From an uncultured Pseudomonadales bacterium (GTDB taxonomy: Bacteria > Patescibacteriota > Microgenomatia > UBA1400 > UBA1396), in contig CAZEEI010000001.1 in NCBI GenBank assembly GCA_964511175.1, positions 23,216 to 87,215 on the forward strand: DNA of 64,000 nt, read 5' to 3'. Each line of letters starts with the position of its first letter. The stretch's first letter is position 1. A program made the position numbers and the translations under genes. The notes beneath the pieces were generated by a model. The model had not been told where the DNA came from, did not search any database, and saw nothing but the letters and a program-made list of their open reading frames with translations. Below are positions 27,395 through 36,149 of the stretch, in pieces.

Positions 27395-27505
27395 TCAGTT
27401 GTCAAGAGAGGTGGCGAGGCGCTCGACCTGAGACCCACCCAGCAACCGAGCCGGTTTTCCCCGGTCGCGGTGCTCCCGAGCCCGCAGGGCGGCGACAAGC
27501 CTTCG
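27395..27505 (+). promoter_or_regulatory. SAM-I (S-box)-like riboswitch in the metK 5' leader
   Basis: P1 arms GTTGTC...GACAAG. TCAAGAGAGGTGGCGAGG matches the consensus UCAAGAGNGGCGGAGGGA. CCCAGCAACC matches CCCGGCAACC. A CCGG...CCGG P3 hairpin and GGTGC are present. About 20 nt separate P1 from the RBS and ATG. Confidence 0.55.
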
Positions 27506-27519
27506 GAAGAAAGGGAAAA

Positions 27520-28623
27520 ATGAGCCAATTTTGGGCGGCGGAGTCAGTTTGCGCTGGTCACCCCGATAAGGTTTGTGACCAAGTTTCCGATGCGATTGTT
27601 GACGCGGCGTTGGTCGCCGACCCACAGGCGCGGGTGGCGGTAGAGACGTTAGTGACGGCCAACCAGATTGTACTGGCCGGTGAAGTAGCCGCACGCGGCG
27701 AGTTGGATTTTCGGGCGATTGCTCGGCAGACAATTAAAGAATTGGATTACATTGATCCTTGCGCTGGTTTTACTTACCGTTCACCGCTGTTGTTGCGGAT
27801 CCACAGCCAAAGTTTGGATATTGCCCAAGGAGTTGACGGTGGTGGGGCGGGTGACCAGGGGATTATGTTTGGTTACGCTTGTACCGAAACGCCTGAGCTG
27901 ATGCCTTTGCCGATTACCTTGGCGCACCGTTTGGCTGAGCGCCTAGATCAGTTGCGTCAAACGGAACTGTCTTACCTGCGCCCGGATGGCAAAACCGAAG
28001 TCTTGGTTCGCTACGATCGCGGTCGGCCGACGGGGATAGAACGTGTGGTTTTGGCGGTGCCGCATGATCAGACTATCGAACCTACGGTGGTAAAAGTTGC
28101 TCTAATTAAAAGGGCAATCCAACCAGTGTTGGCCGAGTATGGTTGGTCAGCGCCTGGTCCACGTTCAATTATTCTCAATGGTACAGGCCGTTGGGAGTGG
28201 GGCGGACCGGCAGCGGATACCGGTGTCACTGGGCGGAAAATTGTGGTTGATGCCTACGGCCAGGCAGCGCGGGTGGGTGGTGGTGCATTTTCTGGGAAAG
28301 ATCCAACTAAAGTCGACCGCTCCGGTGCCTACGCGGCGCGCTTTTTAGCCAAGAACATTGTTGCAGCAAAACTAGCCAAGAAATGCGAGATCCACCTTAG
28401 TTACGTCATCGGCCGCCGCGCGCCGCTAACGGTGCAGATCGAGACTTTTGGTACCGAAACAAAAGCCAATCACCTAGTTCAATCTTTCGCCAAGGGATTG
28501 CTTAACTTATCGGTTCCCGGCATTATTTACGGTCTCCAACTACGCCAGCCCATCTACCGCCAGACGGCGGCTTACGGCCATTTTGGCCGAGCTGGATTCC
28601 CGTGGGAGGTTGTGCTAAATTGA
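27520..28623 (+). CDS. metK: S-adenosylmethionine synthetase
   Basis: ESVCAGHPDKVCDQVSDAIVDAAL... and GGGAFSGKDPTKVDRSGAYAAR are MetK signatures. Confidence 0.9.
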   Translation: MSQFWAAESVCAGHPDKVCDQVSDAIVDAALVADPQARVAVETLVTANQIVLAGEVAARGELDFRAIARQTIKELDYIDPCAGFTYRSPLLLRIHSQSLDIAQGVDGGGAGDQGIMFGYACTETPELMPLPITLAHRLAERLDQLRQTELSYLRPDGKTEVLVRYDRGRPTGIERVVLAVPHDQTIEPTVVKVALIKRAIQPVLAEYGWSAPGPRSIILNGTGRWEWGGPAADTGVTGRKIVVDAYGQAARVGGGAFSGKDPTKVDRSGAYAARFLAKNIVAAKLAKKCEIHLSYVIGRRAPLTVQIETFGTETKANHLVQSFAKGLLNLSVPGIIYGLQLRQPIYRQTAAYGHFGRAGFPWEVVLN

Positions 28624-28625
28624 AG

Positions 28626-28757
28626 ATGACCCGTCAGGTTATGTTGAGGTATTCATTCCTCGATAGTTTGCTTACGGGAGGAGCCGTGTCCCTCAAAAGA
28701 CCGTCCACCCACCTGGATTTTTCCGGGGGCAATGCACTCAACATGCTGACGGGTCAT
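28626..28757. repeat. Imperfect inverted repeat (~22-bp arms ATGACCCGTCAGG..TTGAG / CTCAA..CTGACGGGTCAT) flanking ~90 bp just after metK
   Basis: Left arm 28626..28648 and right arm 28737..28757 are reverse complements apart from a short indel. Confidence 0.5.
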
Positions 28758-29089
28758 TTTATTGGGAAGAGAGCGCTGACCTGCCGCAAAATTTCCACTA
28801 GTTTCTGTTCAGTCAAATAACCGGCCGACTTTTGGATGATCGTTGTTTCCGCAGTAAATAGCTTGTCTGGTCGAGCATAACTGGTTAGCGGTAAACTACC
28901 TTGGCGAAAATCGCTAGCTTGGATTCTAATCGCCAGTCGGCTCGAGTAAGGTTTGGAAGTTATTTGACACAGAATAAAGTTACCGAACTCGGCTTGAGCC
29001 AAAACCAAAGCTGGTCGTCGCTTCTGACCGCGTAAATCGGAAAACGGGAAAGTGACGACCACTATCTGTCCAATTACAAATCGGCCCAC
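28754..29089 (-). CDS. MazF/PemK-family endoribonuclease toxin
   Basis: GQIVVVTFPFSDLRGQKRRPALVLAQ has the conserved MazF/PemK N-terminus. 111 aa. Confidence 0.7.
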   Translation of the reverse strand: MGRFVIGQIVVVTFPFSDLRGQKRRPALVLAQAEFGNFILCQITSKPYSSRLAIRIQASDFRQGSLPLTSYARPDKLFTAETTIIQKSAGYLTEQKLVEILRQVSALFPIK

Positions 29090-29301
29090 GCCTCCTCCTC
29101 CTCAGGACGGTTCCAGTCGGTAGCTAAAACCGATTCACTTAAACGGGCTTGGCGGGCGGTTATTGGTTTGATTGGTCTAATGCGCAGTTCGCCCGCCTTG
29201 ACCTTAATCTCTACGTCCTTAACGATACCGCTTTCAGCCAGCAATACTTTAGGAATACGGATACCGCGGGAATTACCAATGGAAATGATCGTGGTTTGCA
29301 T
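29074..29301 (-). CDS. AbrB/MazE-type antitoxin
   Basis: IISIGNSRGIRIPKVLLAESGI swapped-hairpin. 75 aa, overlapping the toxin start. Confidence 0.6.
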   Translation of the reverse strand: MQTTIISIGNSRGIRIPKVLLAESGIVKDVEIKVKAGELRIRPIKPITARQARLSESVLATDWNRPEEEEAWADL

Positions 29302-29366
29302 AAGTAGTCACATTGTATGTACATATGCGCTGATGTCAAGGATGATATAATTCTGGAATATTGTTT

Positions 29367-29438
29367 TGCCTTCGTAGCTCAGGGGTAGAGCGCATTCTTG
29401 GTAAGAATGAGGTCCTGGGTTCAAATCCCAGCGAAGGC
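29367..29438 (+). tRNA. tRNA-Thr (anticodon GGT)
   Basis: GCCTTCG-TA-GCTC-AGGGGTA-GAGC-G-CATTC-TTGGTAA-GAATG-AGGTC-CTGGG-TTCAAAT-CCCAG-CGAAGGC-T. The 10-mer TCTGGAATAT occurs at 29351-29360 and again at 29438-29447. Confidence 0.85.
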
Positions 29439-29449
29439 TCTGGAATATA

Positions 29450-30241
29450 TTAACGTGATAAGTAACGAGTTTTCTTTCCGAGTTTGCAATCTAAACAATA
29501 TCGGAAAAAAAGGGCAAAAATCATATCGGCACCACCTTGTTTTGTTGCCTCCTCAATTAATGCCTCGATATCTTCCACAGTCACATACTCAAGTAATCCC
29601 AGCGACAATTTTTCTTGAGTGTCTAACTCCTGCCAAACACCAAGATTTTGCGCAATTTGAACATAAAAACGCTGAGCCATTTCGAGAATGACCGTTTCAT
29701 TTGGTCTCAGGGGTCTATCACTGCCCGAATTAAATATAGCATTAGCGTATCCGGATAATATTCTCATGAGCTGTTCTTGCTCCGAGCGTGAAGTTAGTTC
29801 CAAAAGAAAAGATTGTCCCTTGTTTGACTCTGGATGATTGGTTTTTTTTCTTGGTCGTGCCGACATTTTTTTACTACCCTTACGGGCTAGGCAGTATTTG
29901 AACAATTCGACATTATATCCAATGTGTTCTTTCTCAGCTTGTTGGACTAGTGCTTGCAACTCTTCTGGGGTTACATATTCGAGTAAACCCATGGTGGCCT
30001 TCAAATGTGTACTAACTTGGTCAAAGACACCAAGATTTTGCGCAATCTGAATATAAAGACGCTGAGCCATGGCTAGAGTAATATTTTGCCTTGAGTCAGG
30101 AGGGCTGTTGGTAGTTTTGGTAAATAAATAACTGGCGCGGTCGGCCATTATTCTCATGAGCTGTTCTTTCTCTGATTGTGAAGTTAGCTCCAAAGCCAGA
30201 AAAGAATTATTTTCACGCTCATGGTTATTAATTGCAGTCAT
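29450..30241 (-). CDS. Hypothetical protein built from two ~125-aa internal repeats
   Basis: ELTSQSEKEQLMRIMADRA...LAMAQRLYIQIAQNLGVF...LLEYVTPEELQALVQQAEK is repeated as ELTSRSEQEQLMRILSGYA...LEMAQRFYVQIAQNLGVW...LLEYVTVEDIEALIEEATK. Confidence 0.45.
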   Translation of the reverse strand: MTAINNHERENNSFLALELTSQSEKEQLMRIMADRASYLFTKTTNSPPDSRQNITLAMAQRLYIQIAQNLGVFDQVSTHLKATMGLLEYVTPEELQALVQQAEKEHIGYNVELFKYCLARKGSKKMSARPRKKTNHPESNKGQSFLLELTSRSEQEQLMRILSGYANAIFNSGSDRPLRPNETVILEMAQRFYVQIAQNLGVWQELDTQEKLSLGLLEYVTVEDIEALIEEATKQGGADMIFALFFRYCLDCKLGKKTRYLSR

Positions 30242-30254
30242 TTCTACCCCGAAA

Positions 30255-30905
30255 CTAAATGTGATTTATTGTAACACTATGAATCAATCCCACCCCGCCA
30301 AAGATAATCGCCTGCAACCCTGCCACCAGTGGTCCTAATAGATAACTGATGGGAGAGGCGCCGCCTGCCCAGGGAAAAATCAATAAAAGCAAAATCAGGA
30401 AACCGTAGCGTTCCAGTGTTAAATCGAATTCGTAAGCTAATTCACGCGGCAGGAAAGCAGTTAGCACTTTGCCGCCGTCGAGTGGGTGAATCGGCAGCAG
30501 ATTAAAAACTGCCAAAATTAAATTAATGTGGATTAGAAAGGAAATTACCACCATGGGCAAGGGAATTAGTGGGGAAAATAAAGCGACCAGGAAGGCAAGA
30601 GTAATGTTGGCGAGGGGGCCGGCCGCGGCGATCAGCGCAGCGTCACGACGGGGCGAACTAAGGTTGTAGGGGTCAAACACGACCGGCCGGCCCCAACCGA
30701 AGCCGAAAACCAGCAAGAATAAAGTACCGGCAGGATCAAGGTGGGCCAGGGGATTTAATGACAAGCGACCTTGGGCGCGGGGGGTTGGGTCACCCAGTTT
30801 ATCGGCCATCAGGGCATGGCAAAACTCATGGACAGTTAATGAAAGCACTAAACTAACTGCTAACACCAAAAAGGCGAGGGGGCTAGTAAAGAGGACGTCA
30901 AGCAT
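30255..30905 (-). CDS. M50-family (site-2 protease-like) membrane metalloprotease
   Basis: HEFCHAL (HExxH) in a TM helix plus LDGG in a downstream helix. 216 aa. Confidence 0.65.
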   Translation of the reverse strand: MLDVLFTSPLAFLVLAVSLVLSLTVHEFCHALMADKLGDPTPRAQGRLSLNPLAHLDPAGTLFLLVFGFGWGRPVVFDPYNLSSPRRDAALIAAAGPLANITLAFLVALFSPLIPLPMVVISFLIHINLILAVFNLLPIHPLDGGKVLTAFLPRELAYEFDLTLERYGFLILLLLIFPWAGGASPISYLLGPLVAGLQAIIFGGVGLIHSVTINHI

Positions 30906-30969
30906 ACGGCCATTCTACCATCGGTGAAGTCATGGTATACTACCTCCTCGACTAAAACGAAGGAAACTT

Positions 30970-31248
30970 ATGGCGCAAATCTACAGTATCGTCAAGAAAA
31001 ATACCGTGCGGCACAACCGCGCCGTGGCGAAGTCTGGCAAACACAGCATAATCGACTTAGGCAAGCATGTTATGGTGCCAGCACAGCGGACCATTAGTTA
31101 TGGTCACGTAGTTTCGCATGCCAAGAACCGTACGCCGCACCGCCGTATGCCTAATTTGCGCGTAGTGCATGTTTTAGTGGATGGTGTAAAGAAAGCTTTA
31201 CGTCTTTCTGCTAGTGACACGCGTACTTTCAAAAAATTAACTGCGTGA
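30970..31248 (+). CDS. rpmB: Ribosomal protein bL28 (start uncertain; the core may begin at ATG 31072)
   Basis: GHVVSHAKNRTPHRRMPNLRVVHVLVDGVKKALRLSASDTRTFKK matches the L28 pattern GNNVSHxNxKTKRRFxPNLQ.... Confidence 0.5.
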   Translation: MAQIYSIVKKNTVRHNRAVAKSGKHSIIDLGKHVMVPAQRTISYGHVVSHAKNRTPHRRMPNLRVVHVLVDGVKKALRLSASDTRTFKKLTA

Positions 31249-31262
31249 TATAGTTCGTTTCA

Positions 31263-31547
31263 ATGGATAGTCCAGACAGACGGTTACATTTATATTCGGT
31301 AGTTGGGTTTAAGGGTGTTCTCGAATTAATTGGTAGTGCGACCTCGCTACCAGAGGTGATTAGCCTAATCCTTTCCCAAGCGCCGCGCGACGTTTCTCAA
31401 TCAGTGGTAATTGATTTGCAAGCCAAAAAGGCTTTATTGGTGCCTTTTAACCAGGAAGCATTAGTGATTGATGTTTCTTTATTGGTGTTTCTCGACAAAA
31501 TTATTCCTGGTTGGCAGCGAGTTCAATTACTGAACGAATTGTTCTAA
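31263..31547 (+). CDS. Hypothetical protein
   Basis: 94-aa ORF downstream of rpmB. Confidence 0.3.
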   Translation: MDSPDRRLHLYSVVGFKGVLELIGSATSLPEVISLILSQAPRDVSQSVVIDLQAKKALLVPFNQEALVIDVSLLVFLDKIIPGWQRVQLLNELF

Positions 31548-32503
31548 ACCGCTCTTTCACCTTCGTATTGATAATGATCAACGACTAATTTCTCCGATGA
31601 TTCGAGGTGTACTGCCAAGATTTTTTGGCGAACATTGGCCCGGCTCTGGTAATTAGGCACAATAGTCCAAATCCCTGGCCAAGGCGAGAGGGCGCGAACG
31701 GCTCTTTCGATTAAGACGGCAGGGGCAAGACCAGGTTGTTGCGTTAAAACTTCCGCTAAAACCGGTCCGAGATTTTCAACTATGTACATATTCAGTGAAT
31801 GTGGTGCAACAGATCCTTTTTGCAGCTGCACCAAAAGCGAATACGGAATGTATCCGTCTTGGCGCGAAAGTCTTCTAGCAATCGGCGTTGTTGATTTGGC
31901 TGGTTGAGCTTGTTCAGTTGGCGCGGCGGCGTATTCAGCTAAAATATCGGCCAGCTGGGCAGCCACCAAAACAAAAGCCTTTTGGTAGTAGGAAGCGGCG
32001 GTTTCGGTTGAATCAATTTTAAAAGGCAGAGCGCGAATAATTGGTCCCTCATCCATGCCGGCGGTCATACGCATAACCGTAACAGCTGATGTGGCTTCAC
32101 CGTAAAGCAGGACAAATTGAGCCGGTGAACTGCCCCGGTATTTAGGTAAAGCCGAAGGGTGGACATTAATTGGCGCCAAACGAGGCAGAGATAGCAGCCA
32201 ATCTGGTACTAAATAGCCAAAGTCCACAACCAGTAGAAAATCGACGGGTGCTTGTTTGGAGAGATCGTCCATTAGGGGGCGCAGTGATTTGGCCACATTA
32301 AATACTGGTATTTTTTGGGTGCGAGCCCAAATTTCGACCGGCGTGGCAGTTAGCTGTTGATTGCGGCCGATCGGTCGGGCGACGGGAGTTACCGCCCAAT
32401 TAACCTGCCAGCGCGGGTCGTTAGCTAGGGCTGTGGCACAGGCTACGCTGCGCTCTGTGGTGCCACAAAGACCAACGCGCCAGATAGGGTTCGATTGATT
32501 CAT
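31544..32503 (-). CDS. fmt: Methionyl-tRNA formyltransferase
   Basis: INVHPSALPKYRGSSPAQ is the formyltransferase signature. 319 aa. Confidence 0.85.
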   Translation of the reverse strand: MNQSNPIWRVGLCGTTERSVACATALANDPRWQVNWAVTPVARPIGRNQQLTATPVEIWARTQKIPVFNVAKSLRPLMDDLSKQAPVDFLLVVDFGYLVPDWLLSLPRLAPINVHPSALPKYRGSSPAQFVLLYGEATSAVTVMRMTAGMDEGPIIRALPFKIDSTETAASYYQKAFVLVAAQLADILAEYAAAPTEQAQPAKSTTPIARRLSRQDGYIPYSLLVQLQKGSVAPHSLNMYIVENLGPVLAEVLTQQPGLAPAVLIERAVRALSPWPGIWTIVPNYQSRANVRQKILAVHLESSEKLVVDHYQYEGERAV

Positions 32504-33078
32504 AACGCCCTAGCTATTTGCGGATCAATTTCGACTAATTGACCTTTTTCTTCCTGATAGAGCACCTGTCCTTGGGTCAGAATGTGATCTGTGAAGAGGA
32601 TGCCGTCCAGGTGGTCCAATTCGTGCTGGACAACTCGGCCGATAAAATCGAAAAAAGTTTCGGTGTGATAAAGCGAAAGTTCGCCAGTTTCGGTAAGAGT
32701 TTGAAATTCAAGCGTTACCCACTCGGGACGAGCGACCGGACCGTAAAGATAAGGGATAGAGAGGCAGCCTTCCAGGTCAGCCTTGCGGGGATTCATGCCG
32801 GTAACCAGCCGATCGGCTCGATCGACCAGACGAGGATTGAAAAAATAACGGATAAATGGCTGGTCACTTTGGCCGGAGTCCAAGTGAGTCACAAAAATGC
32901 GCCAAGGAGTATCAACCTGCGGCGCTGCCAAACCCACCCCCGTTGGATTTTCGGCCCGCTGTAGAACTTCGCCCAAAGCTTTGGCAAAGGAGATGACTTT
33001 TTTGTCCGCCAAGGTTATCGGCTTGGCAACTTGCCGCAAAGCAGTATGGGGGGCAACCACTATTTTTGGTGATTTCAT
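32500..33078 (-). CDS. def: Peptide deformylase
   Basis: GVGLAAPQV, EGCLSIP and QHELDHLDG are the three PDF motifs. Confidence 0.85.
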   Translation of the reverse strand: MKSPKIVVAPHTALRQVAKPITLADKKVISFAKALGEVLQRAENPTGVGLAAPQVDTPWRIFVTHLDSGQSDQPFIRYFFNPRLVDRADRLVTGMNPRKADLEGCLSIPYLYGPVARPEWVTLEFQTLTETGELSLYHTETFFDFIGRVVQHELDHLDGILFTDHILTQGQVLYQEEKGQLVEIDPQIARAL

Positions 33079-33085
33079 GGAGCTA

Positions 33086-35185
33086 TTATAACCTTTTACC
33101 GGAAATGGAGGCTTCGATTACTTTCAACCGCTCGGTGGCGAACTCCTCGCCAGGCTTAAGCTGGAGAATTTTTTGATATTGGTCAACGGCGGCTGACCAA
33201 TCTCCGGCCGACTCCAAAAACTGGCCAAACTCGTGTCGAGCCTCTTCATAGTTGGGCTTAAGAGTGATGGCTTGGGTGAAGGCGGCGCGGGCGTCGTCGT
33301 TGCGGTGGAGACCACCCAGGATTACGGCACGATTAAAGTAAATTTGGGGATCAGTAGGAGCCAATTGTGCGGCCTGTTCGAGAGCGGCGAGTGCTTCGTC
33401 GTAGTAGCGGGGATCCAGCTTGGCCAAATAAAGGAACACTTTGGCGCGTGATTTCCAAAAAGACAGATGTACCGGATTGAGGGTAACAGCGCGATTAGTG
33501 GCAGCAATGGCTTCGTTGCCTAGTTGGGCTGCAATGGTGGCATCGGTTGGTGCGGCAGCGGTGGCTAAATTCGCCATAAAAGTAGCGGCTTCATCCCAAT
33601 ATAGAGCTTCGCGGGAGGCGCGCTGAGTGAGTTGTTGGAAAAGCTGATAGGCGATGAGTGGCTGTTGGCGCAGTACTTGGCGCTTAGCTTGCGCGAGTAG
33701 TCGGTCATTGGCCCAGGTTCGACAAACTGATAGTAAGGCCAAACCGGTAGCCAGACCCACAACGAGGGTTAGTAGCGAAGAACCGTCCAACTCTACTTCC
33801 CATTCGTCTGAGATCCGATCTCGTTTTAGGGTTACACCCTCCAGGCGTGATGTAGCGGCAGATTCGATCTCATTGATAAAAATCCAAGCCGGCATGAGGA
33901 AGAAAAGAACACCTACCGTTACCGTGGAAAAACCGAAAAAGTTTGATACGGCTAATGCTAGGTAACTGGCCAAAATAGCTGTCGCCAGGGTATTGTGCCG
34001 CCGCAGTAACTGCCAAATCACCGCCCCCATGAGCGTTAGGAGAGCAATGAGTCCAACCGCGCCGGTGGTGGCAAGCGCGTTAAGAAATTCATTGTGCGCT
34101 TTGTTATAGAGAAAATTCCATTCGGACACGGTGTTGTGGGCCAGGGGGCGGTCACGGTAGTAACTATAGGCGAAGGTTTCCACACCGGAACCAAAGAGTG
34201 GGTATCGCTGCCAGACGGCCAAAGCCCCGGACCAAACGATTTGGCGAATAGCACCAGAGTTGGTGCCGCCGTTTTCTAGAACGGTGCCGACCGAAGGAGC
34301 GGCGGGACGCTCAATGGTAGCGGCGGATGGTGGTGAGCTAGGTGAAAAGCGGGCGATCCATTTGAAAGCAGTCGGCGTAAAGGGAGTGCCAAAAAGGAGG
34401 GCAAGAATAACAAATGACGCCAGGAGGGTTACACCCTGAGCAATCCCACGCCTGGAGGGTGACACCCTCAGCCAGACGGCACCGCTAGCGACAAATCCTA
34501 GCAGGCCAGAACGCGAGCCGGTAAATAGCAATACAGTGAAAAACAGCGGTATGCTGGCGGCGCTTAACCAACGTTCCAATTTGGTTCGAGATTGTTGCCA
34601 GAGCCACAACGATAAAGGTAGCAACATAATCAAGTAGGCGGCCAACCAATTAGGCTGGCCAAGAGTGCCAAAGACCCGCGTTTGTACATCCTGTACCCAG
34701 CAACTTACCGAAAATTCACCCGTGATTAAAACGCAGCTTGGCGAAACACCAAAATGTTCCGGTAGGGCATAAAGAGCCACACCAATACCGGCATAAACCA
34801 CTGAACGCACGAGCGGTTTTAGATCATGCCGATCCAAATTACTGACCGCCGCAAAATAAAGTGTTAAGTAGGCTAAAGTCGAAAGCAGTCCGCCGTGGAA
34901 ACGCGAATAATAGCCGAAGATACTGGTGGCAACGTGAATCGAAGTAACTGTGGAAAGCAACTGACTAGTAAGGAAGAAAATGATCGGCCAAAACAAAAGA
35001 GTCCGCTGAAAGATAATTTTTTTAGCCCGAATCATTCGGACCAACCATAAGCCGGCAATCAGGCTGGTGTAGGCGTAAACCAGCATCATTTTATTGAATT
35101 CGAACAGTTCTTCATTGACCGCCGTGAAAGCAAAGGGGACGGTGATTACTAAGGCAGAAAACAACCAAACAATGGCACGGCGCAT
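33086..35185 (-). CDS. O-antigen ligase (Wzy_C)-like polytopic membrane protein fused to C-terminal TPR repeats
   Basis: N-terminal ~12 TM region with NKAHNEFLNALATTG. C-terminal TPR-like repeats (AAFTQAITLKPNYEEARHEFGQFLESAGDWSAAVDQYQKILQLKP). Contains copies of the dispersed GC-rich palindromic repeat (33828-33850, 34420-34468). Confidence 0.6.
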   Translation of the reverse strand: MRRAIVWLFSALVITVPFAFTAVNEELFEFNKMMLVYAYTSLIAGLWLVRMIRAKKIIFQRTLLFWPIIFFLTSQLLSTVTSIHVATSIFGYYSRFHGGLLSTLAYLTLYFAAVSNLDRHDLKPLVRSVVYAGIGVALYALPEHFGVSPSCVLITGEFSVSCWVQDVQTRVFGTLGQPNWLAAYLIMLLPLSLWLWQQSRTKLERWLSAASIPLFFTVLLFTGSRSGLLGFVASGAVWLRVSPSRRGIAQGVTLLASFVILALLFGTPFTPTAFKWIARFSPSSPPSAATIERPAAPSVGTVLENGGTNSGAIRQIVWSGALAVWQRYPLFGSGVETFAYSYYRDRPLAHNTVSEWNFLYNKAHNEFLNALATTGAVGLIALLTLMGAVIWQLLRRHNTLATAILASYLALAVSNFFGFSTVTVGVLFFLMPAWIFINEIESAATSRLEGVTLKRDRISDEWEVELDGSSLLTLVVGLATGLALLSVCRTWANDRLLAQAKRQVLRQQPLIAYQLFQQLTQRASREALYWDEAATFMANLATAAAPTDATIAAQLGNEAIAATNRAVTLNPVHLSFWKSRAKVFLYLAKLDPRYYDEALAALEQAAQLAPTDPQIYFNRAVILGGLHRNDDARAAFTQAITLKPNYEEARHEFGQFLESAGDWSAAVDQYQKILQLKPGEEFATERLKVIEASISGKRL

Positions 35186-35228
35186 GACGCCAGGTTAACA
35201 AATCCGTCAGAGTTTGTACAATGAGGAC

Positions 35229-36149
35229 ATGACGATCAGTATCGGTGGGGCGTATATCCGCATTTGGCGGCCGCGGCGCGGCTTAGCGGCAGAGGTACCG
35301 GCGGTAGTAGTACTTGATCAAGATGGGGCGATTATCGCTTTGGGCGACGCGGCCGCTCAGATGGAAGGCAAAACCTCTCATCAACAACAATTGGTGCGTT
35401 CCTTCTTTGGTGATCAAATTATTCATCGCGATGGTTTACGTGCTTTAATCCGTTTGGCTCTGGCGAAAGCGATCGAGTCCGACCAAGCCCGCTGGTGGGA
35501 AAGATTACGTTTAAACATCGCTGTGCCACCCACGGTTTCGCCACTGCACCGCGATTGGCTGCAGCGCACGGTGCGAGAAGCTGGTGGTGGTTGGTTGAAT
35601 TCACTTGATCCCTGGTCCCACTTGCTGCCGCACAACAGTCAGCGTCGGACGGATGTGGTACCGGTGCATGGTGTGTTGGACTGGGGTTTTTCGGGTGTAC
35701 GAGCCGCCCTTTATGTGGGCGATCAATTAGTAGCTAGTCAGAGTAATAGCCAATGGGGGTTGAGGCAACTTTGTGAAAAAATGGTTATTGCGGAACAAGC
35801 TAAAACACACCGCCTTTTTCCTCAGTCGGCCCTCTATAACCAGGAGTGGGGTTTAGCTTACACCGGTTTCGATACGGCAAAAGCACGGCCAATTTTAGCA
35901 ACGCTATCCGCCGAAGTGAAACAAACCACTCAGGTTGAGGGAGTTAAGGCGATTGGTCAAATGCTGATCACCCTGCAAAATCGTCTAACGCCAGAACAGA
36001 CGTCTTTTTTGCCGCAACATGGCTGGTTGGTGGTAGGTGGCGCGGCCAACCTTTTTACTGATTTAGATCATTGGAGCCAAAAATTGGGGGCCCCCCTGAC
36101 AGTAGCCGTAGGACCCACTTACGCCGTACTGAAGGGTTTAGGAGATTAA
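35229..36149 (+). CDS. Divergent MreB-like actin-fold protein
   Basis: ISIGGAYIRIW...VVVLDQDGAIIALGDAAAQMEGKT...LVVGGAANLFTDLD aligns to MreB phosphate-1, N-terminal and adenosine motifs, but with degenerate residues. First gene of the mreB-mreC-mreD-PBP2 block. ATG 35229 preferred over the TTG at 35214. Confidence 0.55.
   Translation: MTISIGGAYIRIWRPRRGLAAEVPAVVVLDQDGAIIALGDAAAQMEGKTSHQQQLVRSFFGDQIIHRDGLRALIRLALAKAIESDQARWWERLRLNIAVPPTVSPLHRDWLQRTVREAGGGWLNSLDPWSHLLPHNSQRRTDVVPVHGVLDWGFSGVRAALYVGDQLVASQSNSQWGLRQLCEKMVIAEQAKTHRLFPQSALYNQEWGLAYTGFDTAKARPILATLSAEVKQTTQVEGVKAIGQMLITLQNRLTPEQTSFLPQHGWLVVGGAANLFTDLDHWSQKLGAPLTVAVGPTYAVLKGLGD

Noticed and set aside
27395-27733. 112-aa minus-strand ORF overlapping the riboswitch and metK start
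   Set aside because: Pro/Arg-rich with no start context. The region is better explained by the SAM riboswitch and metK on the plus strand.
28602-28820. 72-aa ORF starting MTRQ inside the inverted repeat after metK (and its mirror on the other strand)
   Set aside because: Both arms of the inverted repeat begin with ATGACCCGTCAG, so two MTRQ mini-ORFs arise from the palindrome itself. More likely a structural DNA/RNA element than a coding sequence.
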